From Girardia tigrina (taxonomy: Eukaryota): 56,529 nt of DNA. The stretch covers positions 1 through 56,529 of the forward strand of contig MQRK01201683.1 of NCBI GenBank assembly GCA_001938485.1, given 5' to 3'. The position numbers were made by a program, and so were the translations under genes. This document shows, in pieces, positions 12,069 through 25,950 of this stretch; position 1 is the first letter of the stretch; each line of letters opens with the position of its first letter. Under the pieces are notes generated by a model. That model was given only the letters and a program-made list of their open reading frames with translations. It made no database searches and was not told where the DNA came from.

Positions 12069-12439
12069 AATTGATATGAACTCTTTCACGACTTCCAAAC
12101 GAATATGTTTTTCTACCTTAATCATACAGATATTGTAGGTGTGGTCAAGCTATTCTCCGTATAACGGTAAGGAAGCCGATTAGTCAGTGAATTGATTTAT
12201 GGGATTCCTTAAAATCGTTATATATGTTTGAATAAACAAAATAACTTTCAAATTAGAATAATTATATATAATAAATAACAAACAGAAAAAAGAGTGATGA
12301 AATAGAGTTGAGACAGTTGGAAATAATTAAAAAGGTAAAATATTATTAATTTTTAGTTGTTAAACCAGAATTTTAATTAAAGATCAGAAATGAAAATGAT
12401 GAACATGATGAAAATAATTTATTAAATTTAAAAATTGTA

Positions 12440-12930
12440 TCTAGATCATGTAAGATAGGAAGTTTGTTTAGTAGTAAATCTATCACTCAAACTAGGTTAT
12501 GTTACACTTTAGTTTATCAATATAAATGTAATGGGTGTGACGCCATATACATCGGCGAGACCTGTCGTCATCTCTGTAAACGGATTCAGGAACATAATCG
12601 CAGGGAAAGTGATAACAATATTGCTCAGCATAAGAAGAACTGCTTGAATAGTAAAGTTGATGTAAGTAATTTTGAGATTTTGTGTTCACAATTTGATAAT
12701 TACTGGGAGAGGGTGATGAGGGAAGCATAGTTGAACAAATCTTTTGATCCTAAAATCAATGTCCAAACACCATCCTCTTCAACTTTATTGAACGTATTTT
12801 CATGATTTAAATGACATAATGATTACATAAACATTGCTTTGATATATAAACGCGAGTATATCATTGTTAATTCAGTCTGATGATGACGGTTGATCCGTCG
12901 AAATTATTAACAATACATTTTGACGAAAAT
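12440..12930 (+). mobile_element. 5'-truncated Penelope-like element: GIY-YIG endonuclease C-terminus plus pLTR
   Basis: LVYQYKCNGCDAIYIGETCRHLCKRIQEH...NFEIL...ERVMREA, followed ~150 bp later by a hammerhead motif. Confidence 0.9.
12871..12920 (+). ncRNA. Hammerhead ribozyme of Penelope pLTR (stems I and III imperfect)
   Basis: CTGATGA-T-GACGG-TTGAT-CCGTC-GAAA: intact core and perfect 5-bp stem II. Confidence 0.75.
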
Positions 12931-14419
12931 TTTTTGTTTTTTAAAAATTCCTTGTCGTCATTTTTTAATTATTTATATTAAATTGTTATTTTTTCATATT
13001 AAGTACGAAATTGTTCATATTAAATGCATAATTTTTAATATTAAATACATATTTTTTAATATTAAATACATATTTTTTGATATTAAATATTAACATCAAT
13101 TTGAATTAAACAATTTTTTAAAAAAATTGCCGGGTCCTGAATTTGGTAAAATGAATTATGTAATCAATTCATGTAATTGCTTTGTAATTAAATACTTTTT
13201 AATGAATTGGTTGAGATTGTCGCTTGAAAATTTATTTTAGGATTGTGAATCCTAACTAATAAAGCTTCACACGCAACTCTCTCCCAATAATTTGCAAAAT
13301 TTCAACACAGATTTTAAAATTATTTATCTCAAAACTACCTTTACATTTCTTTCTATGTTCAGCAATTTTAGTATAACCATAAGTTCGACCGTGTTATTGG
13401 ATTCGTTTGCTAAGATGACGAGACGTCTCTCCAATGTATGTGGCATCACACCCATTTCACGAATGGAGTAACAGATTTTTTACTAAACAAACTTTCAACT
13501 TTGTATGTTTGAGAAACAATCCTTAATCCTAGTAAATTATTTGGATAACATCATTTGAAAGAGTTTTTAAATTTCTTAAATTCTTCGGAAATTTTATGGT
13601 CTTATTCATATAAATAGAAAGATGTATAGTGTTTTACAATTTTACTTTAGAGACATCACCAAACATCCCTAAAAAGTTGTCATCCAATGACGACCCTTCC
13701 TGTTTCAACAAGAATCATTTTTAACAAATAAAACCTATATATTAAAATTAAAATTCCTAAAATAATAAACCACAAAAACCTGTCATTGAATATTATAATT
13801 ATTATAATTAAAATGATAATTATATGATAAACAACACTCAATTTTAATATAAACTCGGAAAGAAATATTAATTTTGTGTTATTTTTTATTAATGAAAACA
13901 AATTATATCGTAAATAAATTTATTCATAAATTCGATTTCGTTAATTTTCAGAGAAACCCTAAAAGAAAAATTAAAAGGGAAAATTCTGTTAGAAGTTCTC
14001 TTTGTATCATAATTGGATAATGCCATTTCGTTGAAGAAGAAAGTTCAATTAATAAAAGCATTAAAGTCGCATTAGTTTTATTGAATTGGAAATTTTGCAT
14101 TTTAAATCGATATATAACAGAAATTATTCACAACATTCAAACAAAAAAAGAAATTCCTTTTCCAATTGGATATTATTAATCTTTGATAACCCGTTTCTTT
14201 CCTTTTCACCTTCCTTCAATTACCATTATTCTATTTTACATGGCGAGTTTGATAAGTATCCCACATGACAAAAAAATAATTCCAAAAAGGGTCATTTTTA
14301 TAACGCAACAAGCTATAATGAGTCAGCATGTAGGCATCATTTTTCAACATGATTTCCATTTCGCTCAACACATTTGGGTTAACGAATAATCAACTGAGAA
14401 AACACCCTTTTGAAATATT

Positions 14420-15433
14420 TCGGGGCATGCGGTAATATACCTAGCCTAATTCACACTAACCTTCAAACTGTCCTTTGATTCAAACTGGATTCCTCTCAAA
14501 TGCTAAAAAGAAGTGAAATTGATCAATGCCAAAAATTGACTGAACGGAAAATTATCCTCAAGCACTAGTTCAACACCTTCAATTGTGGCCCGAGAAATGT
14601 CTGCTGTGTGCACTGGCGCATTGTCATGAGGTTTACGGGGGTTTCTATAAGTTAGATGTAATAGGTAGTGTTAATGGTGATGCCTTTATCTGCGAATTCC
14701 ATGAGAATAACACCTTTGTGATTTAAGAAAATGGAAAAAAACACTGAACGTCCATGACTTGTCCATGTTCGCATCTTCAAAGATGACTTCTATTCAGATA
14801 GTTTCCACTCTGCAGTCTCACGCTTTGTTTCCTGCGAATACATACTGAGAGGGGTTTCGTGATCCGCAATTACATTTGTCAGGAAAGTCTTCCCATACTA
14901 GTCCTGCAGGTTCAAGTTTTTCATTCAAGAGTGGGGTCACAAATCTGGATCACAGTTTTCTGATACCCATGGATTTCAATTTTGCTTGGATTGTACCAAT
15001 ACTGATGTTCAGCTTCCTTGACAGCATTTTCATCGTAATTCGACTCTCTTCTTGTATTTTCTTCTCCAATTTTTCATCAACTGTGTCAAAAATGTTTTGT
15101 GGTGACCTGATTTTTCCTGATTAAAAACGAAGTTCCGACCATCTTCAAACTTTCTGACAGTTGTCATGTAAGTAAGTTGACTGCGAAAGATGGTGGATAT
15201 CACTGCAAGTCATTTTCTGCAACACAAAGACCTTGATAAAGATGTGATATTCGACTTCTGAAATAATCGCACGGACGACAAATTCAATATGTTGCAATAA
15301 AAGTTTTAATGCGTTTTATAAAATAAAATAATTACTGAAATTAAAGTCAATATAAATTTATTTATTCACACAAAAAAACTAAAATTTGCTATTACATTTT
15401 TACCTTAGATCGGGTACTTATTGAACGCATCAC
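14420..15433 (-). mobile_element. Heavily decayed mariner
   Basis: Minus strand HDNAPVHTA near 14600-14630, further transposase-like fragments, and TIR-like CGGGTACTTATTGAACG at 15411. Confidence 0.75.
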
Positions 15434-16242
15434 AAATTTTTGTAAAAGAAGTCTTCACAACACATTTTTCCAGGAAATAAAATATTTTGTTTTAATTTTT
15501 ACTGATTAATTAAAACAAATCATTCATTATTAACTATTTAATTTAGTTAATTTACAACAATTTATAAATTGACAATTGTTTTACTTAGTCAGTTTTCTTG
15601 AAATAAAATATTATTTAAATTTGTAAATTAAAACAATTTTTTGAAATAAAAAACATTTTACATTACAAATACAAAATATATAGGATTTTTCTTATTTTGT
15701 CTTTTAATTATTTTTTTTTATATTTCTGGCAATCGAATAAGTTCTTTTCGTTTGGCAAAGGTCAAAATTTAGATTCATCATATTTCACTACTGATAAGTT
15801 TCAATGCGGATGAAATTTTTTTAATAACAACAAAATTAATTCATTAAAAATATATATTTATTGACAATAAATTTAGACGGACCAACTGTATTCTTCAGGT
15901 TCTTAATTAATAATTTAATTAACTTTTATATAATTGCAAAAATAATGATTATGTAATCGATTTCATGAAATCACGCTAATCAATAATTGTCAATAAGTTG
16001 GTTGAGACTACCGATTTAAAATGTAACTCTCTCCCAATAACTATCGAAATTTGGAGACAGTGTCGTGTTAAGCATTGTTAATTAGGTCAGGTTGTTCTAA
16101 ATTCAATCTCAGTGCAAAGGTAAGTATTAATAAATCACAAAATATAACAAATATATTTTTAAATAAATTTAATTTCTTTAAATCAAATGGTAATTCAGTA
16201 ATTAAACATAAATAACACCATTTTAATTTTAAATTTTTATTT

Positions 16243-16280
16243 GAAAACATGTTTCGCTACGTTTGTCGCATCTTCAGTTT
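16243..16280 (-). ncRNA. Minimal type I hammerhead ribozyme
   Basis: Minus strand AAA-CTGAAGA-T-GCGAC-AAAC-GTAGC-GAA-ACATGT-T-TTC; palindromic stem III, one stem II mismatch. Confidence 0.8.
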
Positions 16281-16560
16281 TGTATTTAATTAGAAATTTA
16301 TTGTTTATATAGAAAGATGACCATTACATCACAATGTGTTTCGTCAAAATACTCTAATATGATTTGACGAATCACTTTGCACATGTAGACTAGGTTTACA
16401 AAACTTTATCAAGAGCGCTTCAGTAATTGTTATAAAGTTTTGTAATCCTAGTTTAAATGTACACAGTGATTTGTCCAATCATATTAGAGTATTTTGACGT
16501 AACACATTGTGACGTAATGGCCATCTTTCTATATAAACAATAACTTTCTAATTAAATACA

Positions 16561-16598
16561 GAAATGAAGATACCACAAAAGTGACGAAACATGTTTTC
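16561..16598 (+). ncRNA. Mutated minimal hammerhead (mirror copy)
   Basis: GAA-aTGAAGA-T-ACCAC-AAAA-GTGAC-GAA-ACATGT-T-TTC; core C3 is mutated to A. Confidence 0.65.
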
Positions 16599-17816
16599 GA
16601 ATAAAAATTTAAAATTAAAATGGTGTTATTTGTGTTTAAATATATTTTTAATTAATTTTTTTTATTAAAAATTAATTTTAAAATTTATTATAGTTTTGTG
16701 CATATAAATAAAATAAGTTTCATTTTTTTCTTTTACAAGCAAATATTAAATAATAAAAATTTATTATAATTATTAAATTCAATAAAGAAAAATTCATTTA
16801 TGTTTTGAAAGAGTAAAAAAATAACTAATTGAGTCATTTATTTTTGATATTTTAGGATCTAATTTTCAAATCGATTTTTTTGGATCAACATTAATGAATT
16901 TGGGATTGATTATCCAATTTATTTTTCCCCAAACATTTTAAGAAAAAAAATTGAAATAATTTAATAAATGAGAATTTTCTTTTTATGAATTTATTTTAAA
17001 TAAAAAATATTTTCATTTCGATATCCTTCAGATCACTTTTAGACGTTTTAAAATTTTAAAAATATGTTGAAAGAGACGAAAAAAAGAAAAATGTTTCCGC
17101 TTTTTTTAACAAAATAAAAAATTTAGAAAATAATAATTTAATTTAATTAATTTATTTAATTAATTTGATTTAATTAATTTGATTAAATTAAAATTAATTT
17201 ATATTAATTTAAATTAAATTTTACGATTTTATCTAAATAACAAAAATATTTTCATTTTGATATTTTTCAGTTCAATTTTAAACGCTTAAACATCTAAAAA
17301 TATGTTTTAAGAGACAACAAAAGAAAAAAATTCCACTTTTTTTGAAAAAAAAATTTTGAAGAAAAAAAACAATGTTAAAAATAAAACGGTGAAAAAATAT
17401 CGAATTTCAATTAAACTAATATTGAAATATTAATTAGTTAATTATTTTTCCTAAACAAAGAATTTTTATTTTTATAATTGTTACGTTAATTTAAAATAAA
17501 ACATTAGTTAAAAAACTATTTTAAAAATGCAAAGGTTTAAATTTACCATTCGAAAATATTTATAATTTTATTAATAATGTATAAGTTTATTTAATGATAA
17601 TTATTGTTGTTTTAACGGTTTCAATACGACTTTTATTCTTAACCATCAGAAAGTCGAATAGTAAGTTATTGAACGGAGGAACAATCTCTTGATAACATAT
17701 GGGATTAGAGGTACGCAGTGTGACGGTAGCATGATCATCCCGTGACCGAAATAGTAAATGACGGAATCGGCTGAATAAATCTCCTGGTAAACGCATTTGT
17801 AAAGTTCAGTCTTGTC

Positions 17817-18065
17817 TTGAAAACTCTTCAGATTAAAAGATACTGTAGGCCCGAAACGATTAAATTAAAAAATTTTGAAATAATTAATAATAAATATGAT
17901 AAAAAAAGCACCAGGAATAGAAATGTTTTGTTTCAAAGGATTACTTTGTATTTTATGAAAAGTTTCCATTCACATTTTGAACGTCAGTTCTGTGAGTCAT
18001 TACTGATCAGACACTCAAACCATTCATGTATTAACATTCAGAATGGACAATGTAAAATCGCCTTA
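17817..18065 (+). mobile_element. Possible Penelope-like GIY-YIG C-terminal relic
   Basis: NFEII...FERQFCESLLIRHSNHSCINIQ resembles the R..ESL.I.....LN tail of PLE endonucleases. Confidence 0.45.
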
Positions 18066-18284
18066 AAATATTTATCTATTTATTTTAATATAGGTTCTAA
18101 AATTTTCTTTTAATAATAGTATAATCAAAACATTTCTGATCCTTTCTCCTCAAAAGAAGTTTTTAAAAAAACTATTTATAATTATTTTTTAGAATAATGA
18201 ATGAAAGTAAATCACTGCAATAATCGTTCAAAGATTCACTTCATGTTTCATTCTAAATAGAATGCCTTCAGGGGCCATGGTGAG

Positions 18285-18735
18285 TTTTAGCAACATCACA
18301 ATTTGAGTGTAAATATCTATTAACAACACAAACATTTTTACTAGTCATTTCTGCTGGAATCGTCATTCTTGATTAATTTGTATTTTGTTTCGATATTCAA
18401 ATCTTAAAATTAAATAATGGGACAAGATTAATATTAACTTTAAACTTCTCAAAATTTTATTGAATAAAAATTCATTAAGTAATTTTTAAAATAAACATTA
18501 GTTTTTTAAAGTATATTAAATTCAATAAATTAAAATCGTTTACTAAAAATATTATTAAAAATTATAATTATAAAACTTTTAATTAATTAGTATTTAAAAA
18601 TAAATCTCATTAAATTAATTTCATTAGATTCAAATAATCAATCAATAAACATATCAATCCCATCTGAGTAGGAGAGTCACCAATCAGAACAGTATACAAA
18701 CAACAAACTTACAACATGCCGAAGTTTCCCTCGCA
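18285..18735 (-). mobile_element. TG...TA family solo LTR (copy C)
   Basis: Perfect TSD GTGAG (18280-18284 / 18736-18740). Reverse complement aligns end to end with 39486-39907. Confidence 0.88.
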
Positions 18736-19627
18736 GTGAGAATAAAAGGTTTATGAAGATTTCGCGAAGGAGATGTTTATAGATTTTGAACAGAGATAGA
18801 TTTCAGCCTTTGTTGTTAAATAATAAATTTATGATATAATTAACTTGATAAAATTTAATTTATAGTTTTAAATAAAATCTTAATAAAAAATTTATCATTC
18901 CTGATTGAAAATAATTTTTTGATAAATTAAAAAAATTAAATTACAAAAAATAATTTATAAGAGCTTTGAGCTTAGAATATGTTTTTTATTTGAATCTTGA
19001 AAGTTCTATTTGTTTTCACAATAATCTGTAATTACCAAAAAAAATAATTAATTTGATTTAAATTAATATATAATATTTAAATTTATTTGATTTAAAATCA
19101 TTGTAAATTTTAAATAATTTGATATATTTTATAATAAATTCTTAAATAAAGGAAACAAACTAATAATTTAATATAGTTAGAATATATTCAATATGTTCCG
19201 CAATTTTTTAACAAGAATTAGCGATTACATACAGAAATGTATGTATTACATATGTATTACATATGTAAATGTATTACATACAGAAATGACCCCACCCATT
19301 GGCGGTCAGATTTTATTGCGTAATTACATAAAACTTTGTTATATATATTTTGTATTTTGTATTTAAATATAGTTTTATTTAACCGATGTCTTTTAGTTCT
19401 TTTACTAATATAATATGTCTATTTTAATTTTATGTATTACTGAAATGATTTCGTTTTCTTCTTCATCAGTTAATTCTTTTGTCCTTGACGTTTGTGCTTC
19501 TGAATTAATATAGCCAGCTTCTATCCAGCCATTTTAAATAGCATATTCTTTAACATCATTTTAAGCCCAACTAGACATAAAAAACAAATTAAATTTTAGT
19601 TTTTAAATTTAATATATAAAGTTACTA

Positions 19628-20987
19628 TGAGGGGTGTCCTAAAAGTTCACGGACTGAGAGAATATGGTGTGGTCATGTATGTACGTGATTGTAACGCGTG
19701 GTATGTGTACGATGACATGACGAGGGAACCAACAAATTGTAATTGAGGTGAACTCTCATTGGCTGCCCGTCGACATGTGTGTGACATACGAATGTATTAA
19801 TTTGTCATTTTTCTCTATTGTAGTTAGTATTGAAGAGGCAGTGAAATCTCAACGAGCAATCATCTATTTCCTCTGGTAGGAAGACATAACCACTGCAGAT
19901 ATTATACACCGTTTACACTGCGTCCTTGGTGATGCCTCTATGGGAAGAACGGCTGTCTTTAAGTGGGTGCAACGATTCCAGTCAGGGCGTCAATCATTGG
20001 AGGATTATGAACGCAGTGGGTGACCAACAACGTCCGGATGTCGAGAAAATGTGAAAGTTATCGAGGAAGTCATTCTTGGTGACAGATTTCTAACTATCCG
20101 TGAGATAGCAGCTATTACTGACGTTTCTAAAAGTCAGGTGCACCGCATCATGTCAGAGGAGCTGCATATGAGGAAACTGACTACCAGGTGTGTGCCGCGC
20201 CTCCTCAACAGCGACCAGAAAGCTAATCAACAGTCTGCTTGTCAAGAACTGCTGCAACTGGTTCATGATCTCGGTGAGGCGTTCTGGTCACGGATTGTGA
20301 CAATGGACAAAACGTGGCTCCCGTTTTATCTTCCTGAAACCCAGGAGCAGTCCCGAAAATGGGGCCGCCCAGGTGACAGACCCCTCTTAAAGGCGAAGAC
20401 CGTCCCTTCAGCCATGAAAGTAATGGTTACAGTCTTTTGAGACTGTAATGGGATAATTCACATTGATTACCTGCCAAAGAGGGTCACCATCAACAGCGCA
20501 TACTACACGAACCTTCTCGACAAAGATCTGCGCAAAGCTCTCGAGAACAAACGGCTGGGAAAGTTGTCATCCATACCATTATTGCAACAGGAAAACGCAC
20601 GTCCCCATACAGCGAAGTTGACTGTCAGTACCGTGCAACGATTGGACTGGACACTTTTTCCTCACCTCCCATATTCACCGGACCTCGCGCCGACTGATTA
20701 TCACCTTTTCTCGGCATTGAAGAAACCACTTCGAGGACATCATTTCGCGAATTTAGATGAAATGAAAACAACAGTCAGTGCGTGGATTGCTGAGACACCG
20801 CGTATTTTCTTCGATAATGGTATTAGGAAGTTGACACAGAGATGGGAAAAGTGTGTGAAACTGAATGGTGATTATATTGAAAAGTTTGATAGTGATTCTG
20901 ATGAGGATTGATCATTTTTGTTAACTGGAATAAACTTTTTTAATTTGTTTTTACTTATCAGTTCGCGAACTTTTGGGACACTCCTCG
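19628..20987 (+). mobile_element. Full-length but inactivated mariner transposon
   Basis: ~30-bp TIRs (TGAGGGGTGTCCTAAAAGTTCACGGACTGA / TCAGTTCGCGAACTTTTGGGACACTCCTCG), 5' TA. Transposase motifs CVPRLL, IVTMDKTW, QENARPH and YSPDLAPTDYHLF are interrupted by stops. Confidence 0.95.
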
Positions 20988-22485
20988 TCTATCAGAAAAT
21001 ATTTTTAAATAATGGCAAATTATTGGGGTTTGGTAAATAAAGAATTTTGACTGTATTTTTGAAGGGGTCAGGTTCACAATCATAGAGTCACAATTGCGAT
21101 GTACACAGAGCAGAAACTATATAAGTAAACTTCACACCTCAACTATGAACGCTTAGATTTCTTATATGAGCGTCAAATTTTAAAGGTTTTTAATCACAAC
21201 GACAGACTATTAAACATAACATAAATCTTTACACAATCTTAATAAACATAGAGAACACTGATTTATGTATAAATTTTCTACTAAAAAAAAGTATTCGGAA
21301 GTTGTTTAGAAATCTTGTTCCGACCAAAAGAGTTTTAAATCAGCCAGACCTTTCTTTGGAAAACATTGATAAACTAAAGAAATTAAAGATAAATTTATTT
21401 ATTTCTAACTAAAATTCGTAAGCAAAGCAATTGATAAAATAATGCCAAAATTATATTTTTGGAATTATTGTATCGTTAAATTCGGTTTATTTATTAAATC
21501 TTATAAATCTTGTAAGATTTCAGTAAATTACCTCAAATCTGTCTCAATATTAAGAAAATAATAAAATTATTTAGTATTATTATTATTATTATTAAAAGCT
21601 TTAGTAATTGTTGTAGTAGTAGTACAAAAATTAATAATAGCAGTAATAATAATAAAATTTTTCTTCATTTAATTTAATATTTGTTTATTTATATATGTTC
21701 GTTCTGTATAAATTGAGTTTAATAATTTATATTCTGCAAAATATTAAAAGTAAATTTTAATGAAAAGTTAATTATGTTTATTCATTCATTAAAAACATTA
21801 TTGATTTTTTAAATCAATATTTAATTAGATAATTAATTAAAACAGATGTTTGATAAGTAGCAAAGATTAAGTCTATTTATGATGAATATTTATTCATAAA
21901 TATAATTATTGTATTAACTTTTAAAGATTATAAAATATTTTATAATCTACTCATAATTCATTACAAACTTTTAATAATTGAATGACTATAATTAATTAAC
22001 TATAGAAAATAAGTTTAATAATATTAATTAAAATAATATAATAATAAGATTTTTTTCTAAATATTTGTTGAATTTTTGGAATGAAATTTGTCGTGCTTGG
22101 AAATATCAAATTATATAATTTAAAAAAATACTCACGAAAATATTTAATGTATTTATTTTAGAAATTATTAATAAACAATATAAAATTGAAAATTAAAATT
22201 AATGTAATAATATAATTTTATAAACATAATAAAAACATTTTTGTAAAACTACAAAAATACTAAAACAATATTAGTCACAAACACCTGAAAGAGTGTTAGC
22301 GCTAAAGTGTAATGGATTGTTGTTTGTACGTTGTCTCACCCTAAAATAATTATTAATCGATAAATAATTAAATTCAAATAGTACAACAAAACGCATCGTC
22401 TTTAAAATATATTCTTTTAATATCATATTTCCCTTGGTCAACCATCGTCCGCAGATTACTGAACAAATTTTGATTTTACCTATAT

Positions 22486-23612
22486 ACTTCTTGTCCGAAA
22501 AGTATTGGGACTATTCAAGTTAAACAAAAGTGAATAAAATATGTTAACTATTTATTTATATCCTTTAAAGTATTCCCTTATAGAAGCAAAGACGTTTAAT
22601 AATATTGTTTTAAATTTTCACAGTTGTAAAAAGAGTTCCACGTAAGTTATGGAAAATAAGAGAAGACATATGAAGCTTTTACAGGCAATTTAGGTTTTTA
22701 AAGGACGACGATGGTGGAATGTCTTGCAAAAGGTCTCGAACAATCATTGATGTGTATGTTAGAATAATATTGTGGTGCAGAATCCAACTTTTATTTCCCC
22801 ATATTTCTGGTCCTTTATACGTATAGCCTTATGTAATCGGTGTAAAATAATATTCCTCATTTATTCACCAAGGTGGTCAAAATTCTGATACATTATACTA
22901 TGATAATAATTGATTGAATGTGGCATGGTTTATCTGGATAGCGCAATTTTGCTGATCCTTTCAATATTTCTTGACAATTATTTTCACGCAACACTCATCA
23001 TCTGCCATGATACATTTCATGAAACGGGAATCCTTTTTAGCATTTAAAATTAATTCCTTTTTAGCATTTAAAATTAATTCCTTGGTGACAGCCGCACAAC
23101 GTTAGTTTTGCATGAAAATAAGTGTTCCCTGAACACGCACCGCTGAAATACGTTGAGTTCTCAATCGTTCAATCAAAATGGAATGTACACTTATTTTTCC
23201 AATGCCCATACCCAAAACTTATTCAGCAATTGTATTGAACAATTTTCTTTGTCTATCTAACATGATGACGGTTTGTCAAAACGTGGCTCGTTTTAAAAGT
23301 CCATACAACCACCCTTTGAGGACTTGTGCTATTCAACAAAACGTGAGTGGGGGTGGAAAAGCCTTTTAAACACTTTTACTTTATCATCGGATTAATTTCT
23401 TTCAGAACACAAGATTTAATGTATTTGTATTCCACATTGCAAAAATCGCAGTGATAACCAAATACGCAAAGAAAAAATGACTAATTATTCTGTGGTCAAT
23501 TAATTAGTCATATATAGCTAAAACATTATTTATAACAACTTAGCAACAAGCACACCTGCATCTATTTGGTGGGAAACATGATATGAAATAAGTCTCGATA
23601 CTTTTCAGGTAT
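22486..23612 (-). mobile_element. Heavily decayed mariner
   Basis: Inverted ends CCGAAAAGTATTGGGACT / AGTCTCGATACTTTTCAG; minus-strand HTH-like MGIGKISVHSILIERL. Confidence 0.7.
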
Positions 23613-23931
23613 AAAATATTCAACAGACTTCCATTAATCCGAACTAATGAATAGTGAGACTTTTCGGAGTATCAAATGTTCGGTTTATCAATATTCGTTG
23701 TTTAGGAAGATAGACGCGAAAATAATGTCTCGAAGTTTACCTGTTTTCATAATTAAGTCTTTCGCGCATTCTGTGTTAATCAATCAACGAGTATTTTTGT
23801 AAAAATAGATATTCCTATTTATTTAACTTGCTTCAATTGCAAAAACTACGCGTAAAATTGTGTCAGAAGAATTACATTTCCATTACCATAAATGTTTTTG
23901 TAAAATTCAAAGCTAAATAAACGTTTATAAT

Positions 23932-24391
23932 TATTAAGAACATTAATTGAGTTTCCATTACATTTATTATTATCACAATTTGAATTGTCACTACAACAAT
24001 TCTCTGTAAAACTTGCGTAGCTCGTCATCGTTCTTGATTGGTAATCTTTATTAATATTCTTTAACGTCTTATTATTCAAACAAATTTAAAATACAATTTA
24101 ATCATTACAAAAATAATTGATACTTTAAATAATAATTTAATTATTACAAAAATTATTTATAATTGAAATTTAAAATAATTTTTATTTATTTTAAGAAATT
24201 ATTATTAAAATATTATTTATGAAATATTAGTTTAATTTGAAAGTGATTATTTAAATTTTAATAATTGATTAAACAACCCGACGTTTTAAAATATTTAAAA
24301 TATCAATCTTCCATCTGGGTGCGAGAAACACAATCCTAAAACAACATACCAAACAACACACAATAAACACCATTCAAAAATATTCCTCACA
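23932..24391 (-). mobile_element. TG...TA family solo LTR (copy D)
   Basis: TSD ATAAT/GTAAT (4 of 5); TGTGAGGAA...TTAATA; near-copy of 5769-6169 with small internal duplications. Confidence 0.85.
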
Positions 24392-25874
24392 GTAATATTA
24401 TTTTATTGTATTAAAAAAATTATCTGATCATTTTCTGATCATAAAGTTATAAATTAATAAAATGACGTATCGAATATTTATTTTTAACGGTGAAACGATT
24501 TCTTAAAACTCTAATACTGGAATAATTGGTACCGATCCACAGAAGTCGTTCCGAAATTTTTTTGCAAAGGTAAAACGATATCTTGACGATTTAATACCGA
24601 AATAATTTGTATCTAGCTCAACAAATCATACTGCATATTTATTACCAACTGTGAAATAATAACTTATTGCTCTAATTCTGAAATATTTGAATTTTGGTGC
24701 AAAATATTAACTGTCCGTTGAGATTTGTCCAACACTACTTTAATTAATTAATCGGTTGAAATATAATTAACAAAATTTTGTATTTGTTCTGACATTTACG
24801 TACAAAGTAACTTATTTATTTTGTTTTCATCTCATAAACAACTTTTTTTATCGTGATCTGTTAACTCTTTACTCTTTATGTTTTGAGTTTGTTATATCTA
24901 ATGTAACGTTACTATATGCTTCTAAACTTTATATTTTTTATTCTTCATTGTTTAGCAAAGGATTTAGACTATAAACTTACTAAATTTAAGTCCTTTTCTA
25001 TGACTATCCGTAATTTAATTGTTAATTTAATTGTCAAAAGTGGGTTTACAGATTTATATAATTCACTCACATTTGTCAATTCACTTTTATAATAATATTT
25101 ATACGTATTTAACAAGACATGAAAAATTACAGGCAAATAATAATTTTGTATTTAATTTTTCATTTATTTTAATTAAAAATGAAAGAAATATTTTAAAATT
25201 GCGTCTTCTAATTTTTAAAAAACAACTGCCATTGTTTTTTTTCAAATTTATCAGTAAATATTTTATAACTTTGAAATTATTTGACAAATAATAAAATCAT
25301 ATTTCTTTAATATTTTTTCAAATTTATTTCAAAATTACATTTTAATTCGTCGTTAAGAAATATATTAAAATAACTATTTTAAGAATAATTTTAAAGAAAG
25401 TTTTGTTATAACATAAACATTTGTGACAAAACACTTATAAACTGAAAACGACAGAGAAAGAGATTGGTATAATCCATTCTCTCGTCACACTCTTACTTGC
25501 TTCAATGAAGCACTTTTAGATCTAAAGTGTTGACATCATGGAATCTCAATTGTAACTATCTCATGTCCCGAAGGGCATCTTCCAGGCGTTTTACAACACT
25601 CGACTAGCTTTCGAAAGACTAAACTGAATCAGCTGAAAATATACTTTCTAGAAAGTTATTTGTTTAGTATGTATAATAATTTCCCTTCGTCTCCGATATA
25701 AAACTTGCTTTACGGAAGAATAATCATTTGAGTTAACTCAATGAATTTCATTGCTTAATTTGTAACTGAAATGTTGCCTTGATCCTTCATTGCTGCTTTT
25801 AAATTTCTGAACCTTTCTGAAGAACCTTTCCGAGTAACAGTGAACACCACATCTAATGTCATTGAAGTGATATT

Positions 25875-25950
25875 CCTAATGTTTGTGTGTTTGAATGTGT
25901 GTGTTGATTTGAGATTGTGTCACTCCTACCCAGATGGATGATTAATATTT
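25875..25950 (+). mobile_element. Fragment of TG...TA family LTR core (copy E)
   Basis: GATTGTGTCACTCCTACCCAGATGG core motif in + orientation; ends not resolvable. Confidence 0.55.

Larger units (their letters stand above)
16202..16639. repeat. Long inverted repeat (arms 16202-16409 and 16432-16639, 22-nt spacer) made of two head-to-head hammerhead-bearing pLTR-like units
   Basis: The arms are reverse complements along their whole length with scattered substitutions, and each holds a hammerhead near the outer end. Confidence 0.92.

Noticed and set aside
17001-17345. ~105-bp imperfect direct repeat; also degenerate ~85-bp repeats at 24485-24720
   Set aside because: Probably real local duplications, but no diagnostic structure.
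19440-19472. Minus-strand CTGATGA...GAAA
   Set aside because: The intervening AGAAGAAAAC cannot pair; looks like an acidic coding remnant.
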